A DNA stretch of 63,356 nucleotides, the filler included, from Stramenopiles sp. TOSAG23-3 (lineage: Eukaryota): the NCBI GenBank assembly GCA_900128585.1. It is 50 parts of 50 records of this genome, joined end to end, with 100 filler letters (N's around TTAATTAATTAA, not from the genome) between each part and the next. Parts side by side here need not be neighbours in the genome. Positions count along the whole stretch, not along the records: positions 10,962 to 12,035 come from LT646555.1; positions 12,136 to 13,209 come from LT646556.1; positions 13,310 to 14,382 come from LT646557.1; positions 14,483 to 15,555 come from LT646558.1; positions 15,656 to 16,728 come from LT646559.1; positions 16,829 to 17,901 come from LT646560.1; positions 18,002 to 19,074 come from LT646561.1; positions 19,175 to 20,246 come from LT646562.1; 42 more parts are not named here. The stretch is one strand, 5' to 3'. Positions within the stretch are counted from its first letter, which is position 1; each line of letters begins with the position of its first letter. The notes under the pieces are model-generated. The model saw only the letters and a list, made by a program, of their open reading frames with translations. It was not told where the DNA came from and searched no databases. Shown piece after piece: positions 11,591 through 23,108 of the stretch. Both the position numbers and the translations under genes were made by a program.

Positions 11591-12135
11591 CCTGCTTTTG
11601 AAAACGTTACTTGGTTGCAAAACAAACGAGAATGCTACTGATTTCACTGATACGCGTTTACTTTTACACGAACCTTAAAGAGTGTTTGCGTCCGTTTTGC
11701 TATCTTTGATCATTTGCAATTCCTTTTCTCATTCGTGAAACATGTAGTATAGAAAGTACAACAAGAAGAAGAAGAGAAAAGCCCAATCAACAACAACAAC
11801 AAAAAAAAAGAAGAAAAAAAAAGAAATTAAAAAAAAATAATTATTAATAATATAACAACACGCACGTACAAAGTACTTCGAACCAGCCTACAACTACAAC
11901 AGGAAAAAAATAATATTTATAAATACGTGACTTGATTCGTGTCGATCTGGAATCTGGTACTAAACAACATTTCTTCTTCATTATTCCATGTATTTATAAA
12001 TATCATACGTTGTTTATATATAATAGAAGAATAGANNNNNNNNNNNNNNNNNNNNNNNNNNNNNNNNNNNNNNNNNNNNTTAATTAATTAANNNNNNNNN
12101 NNNNNNNNNNNNNNNNNNNNNNNNNNNNNNNNNNN

Positions 12136-13209
12136 AATAAGATAAAACAATATTCAAAACGATTGAAAGATTTTGACAAGTTGAAACGAAAATTAGATCA
12201 ATTGCATGAAACGCATCAAACTGCGCAAAAAAATCAAATGGCCATATTAGAAGAAGAATGGATTGCTCGTACCAACGCATTATCAGCAAAAATTGAAATG
12301 TTAGAAGAAGAATGTAAAGTTCAACGTTTCAATGGAAATAAAGCAAAATTATTTATGGAAAAACAACGCAGAGCATTGAGTGCAGTAAAAGGTGCTTTAA
12401 AACGTGAAAAAGATGCATTAAAAAGTATACGAAATGATGCAAGTGCTAGTATTAAAGATATGGGTTTATTGATGCAAAGTACATTAAACGAAGTCCAAGT
12501 TATGGCTCTTCGTTTAAAGAAAGAAATTGAATCCAGGGAGAAAGGTGATGAATTACGCAAAACATTGAAAGGACAAATTGAAATATTAGAAGAAGAATGG
12601 AAATCAGATGTGCGCCGTCTAGAGGAACAATTACGAACAAAGACAACAGAAGTGGAAAATAAACATTTAAAAATAGAAGAAAATATGAAATTTAATCATG
12701 AAAACGAAATGAAAAACATCAAAGAACAATTACAAAATGAAATTAAAAATTCTCAAGATTTAAAAAATGAATTGAAGCAAATGGAGAAAAATGCAAAACA
12801 ATTAGGTAATTCACACAATGAGAAACATGATCAACTATTAAATGACATGAATGATTTGAAGAAAAAAGTAAATCAACAAGAAACACAAATAAAAGAATTA
12901 AATCAACAAATAACGTTATTAAATACAAAATTGCAAAACGCAAAAACCGCATTAAATGAAATGAAAGATGAAAATAAACATTTGATGAAGGAAAATACAC
13001 GTTTAAAAAATGATTTATTATTAGAAAAATCAACGTCCAAGTCTACTATACAAAATTTAGAAAAATTTTTAACTTCTGCAAATGATGAAATTAAAATATT
13101 GCAAGAAAATGGTAAAGTAAAAAAAGCTGAATATACAAAAGAAATTGATACGTTGACAGAAAAATTAAATGCAACTGTATTGCAATTAGAAAATATTCAA
13201 CATGAATAT
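12136..13209 (+). CDS. Long coiled-coil protein fragment
   Basis: Frame open across the whole AT-rich contig; E/K/N/Q/L heptad composition. Confidence 0.8.
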
Positions 13210-13316
13210 NNNNNNNNNNNNNNNNNNNNNNNNNNNNNNNNNNNNNNNNNNNNTTAATTAATTAANNNNNNNNNNNNNNNNNNNNNNNNNNNNNNNNNNN
13301 NNNNNNNNNTACTCTA

Positions 13317-13410
13317 AAAATAACAGCCAACTTTTTGTTTTTAAATTCAAACAAAAATAATAATATTTACACGCGAAGTTAAATAAAAACAAAAAACTGG
13401 CTGTTATTTT
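13317..13410. repeat. Imperfect palindromic element (AAATAACAGCC family), hairpin 1
   Basis: 13317-13343 is the reverse complement of 13384-13410 with 2 mismatches in 27. Confidence 0.85.
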
Positions 13411-13682
13411 AAAGTAAATTTTTTTCAAAATAAAAGAAACATTGGCTACGAAACATTTGACATCGTCGGAAATCCAAATATCCATTTCGGATTTTATGGC
13501 ATGGAGTATACTAGAGAATGAGAGTCTGGACTAAGTGACAAGATTAAATTGATTTTAGCCTTATGAAAATCACAGGAGCAGAGTTAATAAAACACAGAGA
13601 ACTATCTGCAAAAGGAGGAGATATTGTTATTGCCAGTTATTGAACTGACACCCCCTTTTTCTTTTTATACACACATAATTTA

Positions 13683-13808
13683 AATACCTATAAATAACCT
13701 CCATTATTTTGTTTTTGAAAGAAACCAAAAAAAATGTGTACAATAGCTAAAAAGCTTTTAATTTTAATAAAAATAAAAAACAAAATAATGGCTGTTATTT
13801 AGGTATTC
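13683..13808. repeat. Imperfect palindromic element, hairpin 2
   Basis: AATACCTATAAATAACCTCCATTATTTTGTTTTT pairs with AAAAACAAAATAATGGCTGTTATTTAGGTATT. Confidence 0.8.
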
Positions 13809-14237
13809 AAAAATGTTACATTTACTTATAATTTTAGATAAACTGAATGGCATTAGTTCTTTTTTTTTAACTTACAAAAAATAATAACCTGCATATCCCA
13901 ACCTGTTTAACAAATCAAACAAGACCTGGATCTCAGTCATGAGTGAGACACCGGATGAAGAAGTCGATTATGGAGTAGCCGATATCGTCGAAAATCCGCA
14001 CATCGTTACCGGTTATGAATGGAGTGCGAGTTCGTACACAAGAAGATGATATAGTGTAGAACGACCAAACGAAAAAAGTAAATCGACCAAGAAAAACACA
14101 GTAAGATTTATCGGAAGCAAATCGCAGTACAACAGGGAAGTAACACTTTTAGTGGACAGAAACAAATTACATTGCAAGGAAGGATGAATTGTAAATTTCA
14201 GTGAACAGTAAGTGTCATGTAATTTTTGATAACATCT

Positions 14238-14262
14238 AAATAACAGCCTATATTTTGGTTTT
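14238..14262. repeat. Palindromic element left arm, copy 3
   Basis: AAATAACAGCCTATATTTTGGTTTT. Confidence 0.7.
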
Positions 14263-14484
14263 AGATTTAAAGAAAGCTGCTACTATGCATTTTTGTTTTA
14301 GATAAAAAAAGAAAGCGCTGCTGGTTTGAACGCAGTTTTCCCATTTGAAGGATATTTCTGCGTTGGGGCCTAAAAACAGCCCNNNNNNNNNNNNNNNNNN
14401 NNNNNNNNNNNNNNNNNNNNNNNNNNTTAATTAATTAANNNNNNNNNNNNNNNNNNNNNNNNNNNNNNNNNNNNNNNNNNNNTA

Positions 14485-15471
14485 ATTTCAGTCGCATATG
14501 ACCCTGATAGATCGTTGTTCGTGTCTGGATCGGATGACAAGACCATTCGCCTATGGGATACGACAACAGGCGAATGTGTTAATACATTAAAAGGCCACTC
14601 CGAGACAGTTAGAACTGTGACATTTAGCCATGACGGGAAGCAAATTGTCTCTGGTTCAGATGACGAGACGATTCGTATTTGGAATACGTCGACAGGCAAA
14701 TGCATGAGAACGTTAAGCGGGCATGAAAATTGTATCAGATATGTCGTTTTTAACCATGATGGAACACGAATTGCCTCCGGGTCGAAAGACAATTCTGTTC
14801 GTGTGTGGGATACAAAGACGGGGAAATGTGTGATGACAGGAAAGCATGATAAGCAGGTCTACTCTGTTGCGTTTCATCCTGTCGAGGCACATGTTGTGTC
14901 TGGTTCTCGAGACAAGACTATTTGTATGTGGGATATAATGACAGGGAAACGTGTACAGACCTTGAGCGGACACGAGGATGTAGTCCGATCTGTTGCGTTT
15001 AATTCTGATGGAACAAAGATTGTCTCTGGATCATGGGACAAGACCGCCCGTATCTGGAAAACGGAGACAGGGAAGTGTGTTAACGTATTCGAAAAATATG
15101 ATTGCAAAGTAAACAATGTGGCATTCAGTGAGGATTCCTCCCTTATTTTTTCTGCATCTGGTTCCATAAGCAAAGATGTCGATGACAAAACTATTCACGT
15201 TTGGAGGGCGGAGGATAAGGTTTTATTATTTTCTGGGCCACAACTGGATGATAAGTTTCGAGAAAAACTTGGTGCTGTCTTGAAGGAGAGTAAATTGAGA
15301 CCAATGGCCGAAAAATTTTATTTTAAGAACCCAGAAGAAACAATCGGGCTTTCTGGTGAGGGTTCCAAACTGAGACCACTTGTCTACATTTCTTCAAAGG
15401 ACAAGAATATAGCCTTCATCTGGGACAACAAAAATATTCACTTCGTTAAACGAATACTGCCTGATAAATAA
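14485..15471 (+). CDS. WD40 repeat protein, C-terminal part
   Basis: Six repeats of the type GH...V..V.F..DG..IVSGS.D.TIR.WD. Confidence 0.95.
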   Translation: MSVAYDPDRSLFVSGSDDKTIRLWDTTTGECVNTLKGHSETVRTVTFSHDGKQIVSGSDDETIRIWNTSTGKCMRTLSGHENCIRYVVFNHDGTRIASGSKDNSVRVWDTKTGKCVMTGKHDKQVYSVAFHPVEAHVVSGSRDKTICMWDIMTGKRVQTLSGHEDVVRSVAFNSDGTKIVSGSWDKTARIWKTETGKCVNVFEKYDCKVNNVAFSEDSSLIFSASGSISKDVDDKTIHVWRAEDKVLLFSGPQLDDKFREKLGAVLKESKLRPMAEKFYFKNPEETIGLSGEGSKLRPLVYISSKDKNIAFIWDNKNIHFVKRILPDK

Positions 15472-15972
15472 TCCTGGTTTTATAAACTTAATAAGAGTAT
15501 CAAAAAGAGTAATTTTGAAAAGACATTAAAAACTCGTATCATATGTTATAAAAACNNNNNNNNNNNNNNNNNNNNNNNNNNNNNNNNNNNNNNNNNNNNT
15601 TAATTAATTAANNNNNNNNNNNNNNNNNNNNNNNNNNNNNNNNNNNNNNNNNNNNAAGGTATAAATAGTTGTGCCAAAAATGATGAACGACAACAACTCT
15701 TCTTCTTATTTAACAAGAACCAACAACTCGTCCTTCGTCGTGCAGCAGCATGATGCGGCGCCGCAATAAAAAAATTATAATTGTATATAATACGAGACCT
15801 TTCGCAAACACTTACCCCTTTACCCTTTCAAATGTGAGGGAAAAGAAAAAGAGGAAGATTTGACATTTCGTTTCATTAAAACAAAGAACAAAGCAAACAA
15901 TAAAAACGAAACGAATAAAAATTAACAAGCAAGCACATCAACAAACCAGCAAACCACCCACCGCAACGAACA

Positions 15973-16728
15973 ATGTCACAGCAAACATTCTCAAACGTAT
16001 ATGTTCCACTTCTGTACATGGCCATGGGCGCTGAAAGGTACGGAGGAAGAGAGGTCCGACACTACAATGACATTATAAATCGAGTCGTAGGAGGAGATGA
16101 AGACTTTACAAGAGTTATATGTGAGGCTTTACAAGCAAATTTCCTTGCAATTGCACAATTGCCGACTGAGTTGAGGGAAAGCTTCTTTCAAGGTAGCAGA
16201 GCCGAAATCAGCCAGAACGCTGAGCAAAGGTATCTGGAGTTCGCCGCCCAAACTACAAACGGGGAGTTTCCAACTTTTATGAGACGTCTACTGCCAAATA
16301 CCGCAGTAACAAACACGCCGTACATTAATGCAAGCTACCAAAATATTTTCATTAACAACGTCGTACTTGGTGACCAGAACTATGGCACGCTGATGGAGCA
16401 TGCCCCTCAATTAAGCACTCAGTTTGGTGCCGTAGGGTCGGTATCAAACGTCGCTGTGCAGCATCACAGAAGCACCGGCCAACCGGCAACACAAGAAGGT
16501 ACGACGCCGATTCCACCAGATTCCGACACCGACGGTCGGATTAACTCCCTGCTAGAGCAGAGGAGGATTAATGAAAGGCAAAATCTGATCATCAATGCCG
16601 ATCTTGCCATCCTACGATACTCTTCCGCCCCTTCCGGTTGCAGCTGCAACGGACACCATGTATGCCAAGACACTTCGTCATTTGCAAACAACCCCAATGT
16701 AAGTCCATCCATAGTATCACGCATAATT
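15973..16728 (+). CDS. Hypothetical protein (3'-truncated)
   Basis: ATG after an A-rich leader; 252 open codons; no recognisable motif. Confidence 0.55.
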
Positions 16729-16828
16729 NNNNNNNNNNNNNNNNNNNNNNNNNNNNNNNNNNNNNNNNNNNNTTAATTAATTAANNNNNNNNNNNNNNNN
16801 NNNNNNNNNNNNNNNNNNNNNNNNNNNN

Positions 16829-17901
16829 GGGAAGGGAGAAGCTCGCTTCGACAATGTTAGAAAACTTTACGCGGAAATACTGCGGGTGCAGCCGAAGCAT
16901 GCCGACGCCATGCACTTGTTAGGTGCCCTGTACTTGCAGTCTATACCGGAACAAATGCGAGACGCCGAGGCGCTGGTTCAATCGGCGATTCGACTGATGC
17001 CTAACAATGCTAATTACGTAAACACACTCGGCCAAATACAAGAACAGTTGGGCGACATGGATGCCGCCATTGAGACTTATAAGGCGAGCATCGAGCTGTC
17101 GCAAACGTTTATCACCCCTTACTTGAACATCATGATGGCGTACTATCGCAACGGCGAATACGCCAAAAGCGACGCTTTAGTCAGAAACATTATTGACAAT
17201 CAAACCCTCATGTACACGAATAGAAATGTTGATGAAAGCCGCCGACTTTTTTCAATGCACTGCGAATCTTTTCGGCTCCAAGGGAAAAATAGAAAATCCG
17301 AAAATTGTTTCAACGATGCTCTTGAGATTTGGCCGGAGTCGGGGGAAATGTGGAATCTATTAGGAAACGTTCAGTTAGCAATGCAAGACTATACTAATGC
17401 CATCTCGTCGTACGAAAAGGCTGTTCATTTAGGGTATGAAGAAGCCATCGCAAACTCCGCCCTGATGCTCGATCACGAAGGCCACGCCGTGGCAGCTGAA
17501 AAGCAGTACCGCCATGCTCTGGCCATCTTGAAGAACAGGGGGGGCGATCTGTTGAACGGGATCAGAATAAAAATTGCCTTGATCTTGCCACGAATACTGG
17601 TTTCAATGGCTGAGATTAACAAGTATCGCTCGCGGATGGAAGACGAGATTGATCAACTGATTGACCTGCCCCAAAGTGAAATTTTTGTAAACGACATGCT
17701 TTCACAGGGAATGAGCACAGGATTCTTTCTTTCGTACCATGGACCCCCGTCTTTAATTTTGCGCGCGAAAATCGCTCACATGTACCGGCACGTGACGAAC
17801 CATCGCTCTTACCTCACGTTTGGCGCGGCAAGGCCGGAAAGCAGAAATCTGATTAAACTGCACACTCCTGCTGCGAATGATGGCAAGATCAGAATCGGCT
17901 T
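16829..17901 (+). CDS. TPR protein, probable GT41 (SPINDLY/OGT-like) glycosyltransferase fragment
   Basis: Several TPRs (P.HADAMHLLG; PNNANYVNTLG; PESGEMWNLLG), then F.LSYHG and the start of the KIRIG catalytic region. Confidence 0.75.
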
Positions 17902-18617
17902 NNNNNNNNNNNNNNNNNNNNNNNNNNNNNNNNNNNNNNNNNNNNTTAATTAATTAANNNNNNNNNNNNNNNNNNNNNNNNNNNNNNNNNNNNNNNNNNN
18001 NACACACACACACACACCGCTTTGTTGATTTTCCACTAGAGTTTATCAGCGAGTTCGAGTACTTGTCTGATAACGTGAACATAAGGACGGACGCGCTTGT
18101 CTTCGCTGCCGGCAGTCGACATTCCCTCCCAATAGGGGTCCAGGTCAGTCGGCAAACTGCAACTGCCAGCCATGAGACGGAGAGCAATATTACGAGACGA
18201 AGTAGAGTCTTTGCCGATACCCCGTCACATTTGAATCAGGTGGCGTTTGAGCGTAGGTGGGAACTGGTGCTGTTCTCCGCCCAAGAGTGCGTCTATGCAT
18301 TTACCCCGTCGGTTGCAACTTTAGACCTTATCATTTCATCCTCGTTGATGGCAGCTTTGGTGGCATGGATTGTTGTATTAGTGTCTTTATGGCTATTACT
18401 TGGCGAGGTTGCCGTGCATCTTACCACCAACCATGGGGTCACATTACCACCGTTCATTCAAATTGCCCAAGCCCCGATCCATTTGCACGTCGTTTACTTT
18501 AACTTGGCTACGACGGAACAGATGTTTGAAAATTGGCGAAGCGGTAGCCGATCCGGTGTTGTAGAACGTGTCGCCCCACCGCAGTGACAATCACTGAAGT
18601 ATTACTTGTGATATCAT

Positions 18618-18684
18618 AAAAACAACTATATATTTTGGTTTTCATAAAAACAAAAAATTGGCTGTTATTCAAGTAATTAAAATT
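18618..18684. repeat. Compact copy of the palindromic element
   Basis: Left arm AAAAACAACTATATATTTTGGTTTT, then right arm AAAAACAAAAAATTGGCTGTTATTCAAGTAATTAAAATT. Confidence 0.75.
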
Positions 18685-19176
18685 TATCTTCCTCATGTAC
18701 CGCGAATGCGATTCTGCTCCTTTTTTGTCCATTATAGGTTAACGTTTCTTCATGTACCAAACTGCGAACTTATCTCTGCTCCTGAGATTTTATAATTATC
18801 TTCGAAAACAATATTAAATTTATTTCGTAACTTTTTACCTATGCATAACATACAAATAATAACACAGCATATAATATATAAGACATACCCTTGTCACTGA
18901 TAGTCTTGACTATCATTCTCATGTGTACTCCGCGCATGATCCGAATCGGTAATACCGATTTGCATTCGATGCCAAAAGTACCCGTAGTCAACTTCCTCAT
19001 CCGATGTCTCGCTCGTAAATGAATCGTAAACTTAAAAACGAAAAATTGGCTCTGTTTAATAACAATTAATGCACNNNNNNNNNNNNNNNNNNNNNNNNNN
19101 NNNNNNNNNNNNNNNNNNTTAATTAATTAANNNNNNNNNNNNNNNNNNNNNNNNNNNNNNNNNNNNNNNNNNNNGT

Positions 19177-19887
19177 CTACGTGATCTAGTCGGTCTTGAC
19201 GCGAAACACAATAATATCACCGCCTTGCCAGACAGTATCGGCAATGCTAAACTATTGAGGCGGCTATATTTGGGTCATAATAAACTGTCGAGACTTCCAT
19301 CTACTATATCGAAATTGCAAAATCTCGAAGATTTGTTTCTGCGAAACAACTACTTGGAATCATTGCCTGACGATATTGGTAATCTACAGTTTCTTGAAGA
19401 GTTAGTGTTAAGCAACAATCGTCTACAAGTATTACCAGAAAGTATAAAGGAGTTAAAGCATTTGGAAGTTTTTGACGCATGGAACAGTGGGTTGAGTCAA
19501 TTCCCAGCTATTGATACCCAAGACTGGATTCATATGAAGTATATTGACATACGACACAATCCAAGTCTGCGTTCGCTTCCCAATGCTTTCGTGCAAAGTG
19601 GCGGGTTGCCCAATTTAAAAGAGATAAGTATGTTCAACACATCAGCATGCTCGAACGACGCTTTACTATCTGATTTGCGCGATGCAAACGTTTTGTACTC
19701 GTGCGAAAAGCAGTGTACAAGGGATTGCGCGGCATACGAAAGAGGAAATGGGGAATGTGATGATACAGAATATGTATATGATTGGGCGTCGTTCGATGGG
19801 TCAATGACTGGAATATTGCCACTGGAAGGTGTGGGATGCAACATAGCAGGATGCGACTACGACGACGGGGATTGTCATGTGCTTTGA
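19177..19887 (+). CDS. LRR protein with C-terminal LNR/Notch-like Cys module (5'-truncated)
   Basis: 23-aa LRRs (L..L.L..N.L..LP..I..L), then C...C....GNGECD...CN...CDYDDGDC. Confidence 0.85.
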   Translation, partial: LRDLVGLDAKHNNITALPDSIGNAKLLRRLYLGHNKLSRLPSTISKLQNLEDLFLRNNYLESLPDDIGNLQFLEELVLSNNRLQVLPESIKELKHLEVFDAWNSGLSQFPAIDTQDWIHMKYIDIRHNPSLRSLPNAFVQSGGLPNLKEISMFNTSACSNDALLSDLRDANVLYSCEKQCTRDCAAYERGNGECDDTEYVYDWASFDGSMTGILPLEGVGCNIAGCDYDDGDCHVL

Positions 19888-20025
19888 GATCTTGCAACGT
19901 TTCAAACACGAAGGAGAAAAGAGAGGAAAGAAGAAATAATATTCTTGATTTGCAAACGCACTTGTACCGCTTAACTAAAAAAATTAATTTTTGTAAGAAG
20001 GTATTTAGCGTTCAGGTAAAATCTC

Positions 20026-20244
20026 TTAACATCCACTTTTACTCCTTCCCCTCAAGTTCAACAAACGGCGGCGCCCTTTTGGATCCTGAACGTCGTAATT
20101 AGTAAACTGGCCATCCCCTGACAGTGCAAACGACCACCCATTGTGCGAGAACACCGTAGGCTCCATTTTGCGGCTTTGCGCCGTCACTTCTGCGCATAAC
20201 TTCTCGCTCGTACTGCACTGGAACGAGAACGTTGTTCCGTCGTA
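20026..20244 (-). CDS. C-terminal fragment of a protein ending GRRRLLNLRGRSKSGC (not in ORF track)
   Basis: 73 codons open from the contig end to TAA; convergent with the LRR gene. Confidence 0.55.
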   Translation of the reverse strand, partial: YDGTTFSFQCSTSEKLCAEVTAQSRKMEPTVFSHNGWSFALSGDGQFTNYDVQDPKGRRRLLNLRGRSKSGC

Positions 20245-20346
20245 CTNNNNNNNNNNNNNNNNNNNNNNNNNNNNNNNNNNNNNNNNNNNNTTAATTAATT
20301 AANNNNNNNNNNNNNNNNNNNNNNNNNNNNNNNNNNNNNNNNNNNN

Positions 20347-20368
20347 GAAGAAGAAGAAAGAAGAAGAA

Positions 20369-20400
<32 letters not shown>

Positions 20401-20513
20401 AGAAAGAAGAAGAAGAAAGAAGAAGAAGGAAAAGAAAAAGAAAAAGAAGGAAAAGAAGAAGAAAGAAAGAAGAAGAAGAAAGAAGAAGAAAGAAGAAGAA
20501 GAAAGAAGAAGAA
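20347..20513 (+). repeat. GAA/GAAA-rich microsatellite
   Basis: Directly visible. Confidence 0.9.
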
Positions 20514-22513
20514 ATCATTCGATAGTACTTGGTAGTTCGTTGTTATTACTACTTGGTAGTAGAAATTTTTGTATCACATCTTCTCCTCAACGAACAATAA
20601 TTATTAATTCCAAAAAAAAAGTTAGTTGGCCACGCCTTGCTCCATTCTTCTCCATTATTCATCATTCCATTTTTTTCACCACGACCATTTCATTTGTAGA
20701 ATTGATTTGATGATCAAGAAATTTAATTGAAATAGGTAGAAATGTTTGCATTATAAATGTGGAGGTGTTTAAATAAATAGAGTAAGTTTCAACAAAGCAT
20801 GTGGAAGAAGGATAGTGGCCGGTCACCTCCTCTGCACTTCTGGTAGTCCCGTTCGTTCCTTGTTCTTCTCGCCTGCCTTGTGAAATGTCTGTGACGATCA
20901 ACCAATTGCTGTCTCAATACATAATGTGGACACTTTATTCACACTGACTGAGATATTTCACATCGTTCGTTTCTTTCTTTCCGTCTACCTTGCTTCAACG
21001 ACTCACGTACCTAACACATCGTTTGAACTCTTTTGTTTCAGCCCAGCCACGGGGACGGACAGACGGACCGGACCGACAAGCGATAGCTCGGTAGTTCACC
21101 ACGCCACGTTCGCAAGGGGGGCGTCGACGGTACGACGGGACCGTTTTTGTACATAAAAAACAATTTTTACTGTAAATAACATTGTGGTGTAAGGTGTAAA
21201 TCAAATGCTTCAAGAACAAAAGTTTTTTTCTGTGAATTTTTTTCATTTTCTCCCCCGCCGCTGAAAACAAATTTGTTATATCTCCTCGTAAAGATGAAAA
21301 ACGGACTACCCCTACTACGCCTCTGTCCCCACTGGCAACACAGCCTCAGCGCAGCCTTTTGCATTCTATAATCCATAACGCTTAGTAACACTTCATTGGA
21401 CTCCCCCCCCCCCCCCCCNNNNNNNNNNNNNNNNNNNNNNNNNNNNNNNNNNNNNNNNNNNNTTAATTAATTAANNNNNNNNNNNNNNNNNNNNNNNNNN
21501 NNNNNNNNNNNNNNNNNNACCGTTCTCGTTCGTCCCCTTTCGTAGATCTCCTTTACCCTGTCGTAGGCACACCGGTTTGCCAATTCCGTGTGCAGAAAGA
21601 AAGACACGGGGACAAAGGGACACGCTACAATTTTTTTAAACACAAACAGACAACAACCGAAAACACCAAATATACGAAAATTTTCAAACCACGCACGGCT
21701 CCATGCATGCTTTCAAACCATTCATTTCAATTACCTTCTTTCCTTCTTGTTTCTGTCAACTACTGCAATTCAGGGTTAGTCGACGGAACAAAAAATAATA
21801 AATAAAATAATATATAAAAATCGCAAAAAAGACAACAAATACCTATCAATAGAAGTATATATTGCATTATAAAACTACAATTAAAGCATGGGTATATATA
21901 ATTTATATACAATAAAAAGTACATTATTATATTTAATATCCTATGTTTAGTTTGGTTGTTCACGGGAGAGTTCACTGAGAACCACCCAGATGGGTGGACG
22001 CGAGCTTTAGAAACAACATATATACATTGTATAATATGAAAAAGGTATTGTTGTAGTAATAATACCTTACCAAAATTTAGGTTTAAGGATTTAAGATACA
22101 AAATGAAAGGAGTAGTACGAAATGGCAAAACGTACATCAATTCAAGGTGAAACCAAGAATCAAGGGTGGTGGATAATAATAAGTACATCTATTCCTATGA
22201 TATAGTATACAAAGTGTATAAGTTGATCGTATTATTACATGGATTTAGTGAATGTACTATTTTTATGTTAAACGATAAACCCTATTGTTTAACACAGCCA
22301 TCAGTTGGATCGGCTTCTTCCTTCTTTTTTGTTAAGGAATGTTATCTTCAGTATTTTATATGCTGTATGTATGTAATTAGGAGTATTTTGTTTTCAATTA
22401 AACTTGTTTTTCAGTGCTATTTGTATGTACATTATATAAGTTTATGTTACAATTGAATCTGAATCAAAATTTTGAATTTCCTTCTTATCTTCCTAGGCCA
22501 GGCCCACATTAAT

Positions 22514-22515
22514 TT

Positions 22516-22587
<72 letters not shown>

Positions 22588-22589
22588 TC
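22514..22589 (+). repeat. (TTTC)n microsatellite
   Basis: Directly visible. Confidence 0.9.
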
Positions 22590-22691
22590 NNNNNNNNNNN
22601 NNNNNNNNNNNNNNNNNNNNNNNNNNNNNNNNNTTAATTAATTAANNNNNNNNNNNNNNNNNNNNNNNNNNNNNNNNNNNNNNNNNNNNCT

Positions 22692-23108
22692 AAAATTTTG
22701 CCAAATTTTTACCTTAGCTCTTGTCGGGCTGTAACAATCGAAAATTTAGAAGAAGCAAATATTGGTGGTATGAAAATAGTGATGGACTATGCGTTTCTGT
22801 GGAAAGCTGCGTTTACGATTCCGTTCATGATTATGAATCTCATGTTCCAGTACCATTTGCTCTCACAGTGCGAGTATGTCTGTGCCACTATCGCCCAAAC
22901 GTCTTGTGACGTATCCTGTAATTTCTACGATGCCTACGACAGGAAAATTGATAGGTTGATCATGTCCATTTACATTGAAATGATAGCCGTAGTAGTGTTG
23001 CTCACAATAAGGTCCATTTACATTTGCGCATTTTACAATCGCAATCGCGTGTTCTCTAATTTTTCAGAAACGGTTACTGACTCGGGCTCGGAAGACACCA
23101 ATGTATAG
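22692..23108 (+). CDS. Small membrane protein with 4-Cys loop (5'-truncated)
   Basis: TM - CEYVCATIAQTSCDVSC - TM; frame open from the contig start. Confidence 0.6.
   Translation, partial: KILPNFYLSSCRAVTIENLEEANIGGMKIVMDYAFLWKAAFTIPFMIMNLMFQYHLLSQCEYVCATIAQTSCDVSCNFYDAYDRKIDRLIMSIYIEMIAVVVLLTIRSIYICAFYNRNRVFSNFSETVTDSGSEDTNV

Noticed and set aside
18063..18587. 174-aa ORF with a hydrophobic stretch
   Set aside because: No ATG start and no recognisable family; may be a terminal exon but cannot be supported.
20026..20034. C-terminal GC-stop as a selenocysteine motif
   Set aside because: The stop is TAA, not TGA.
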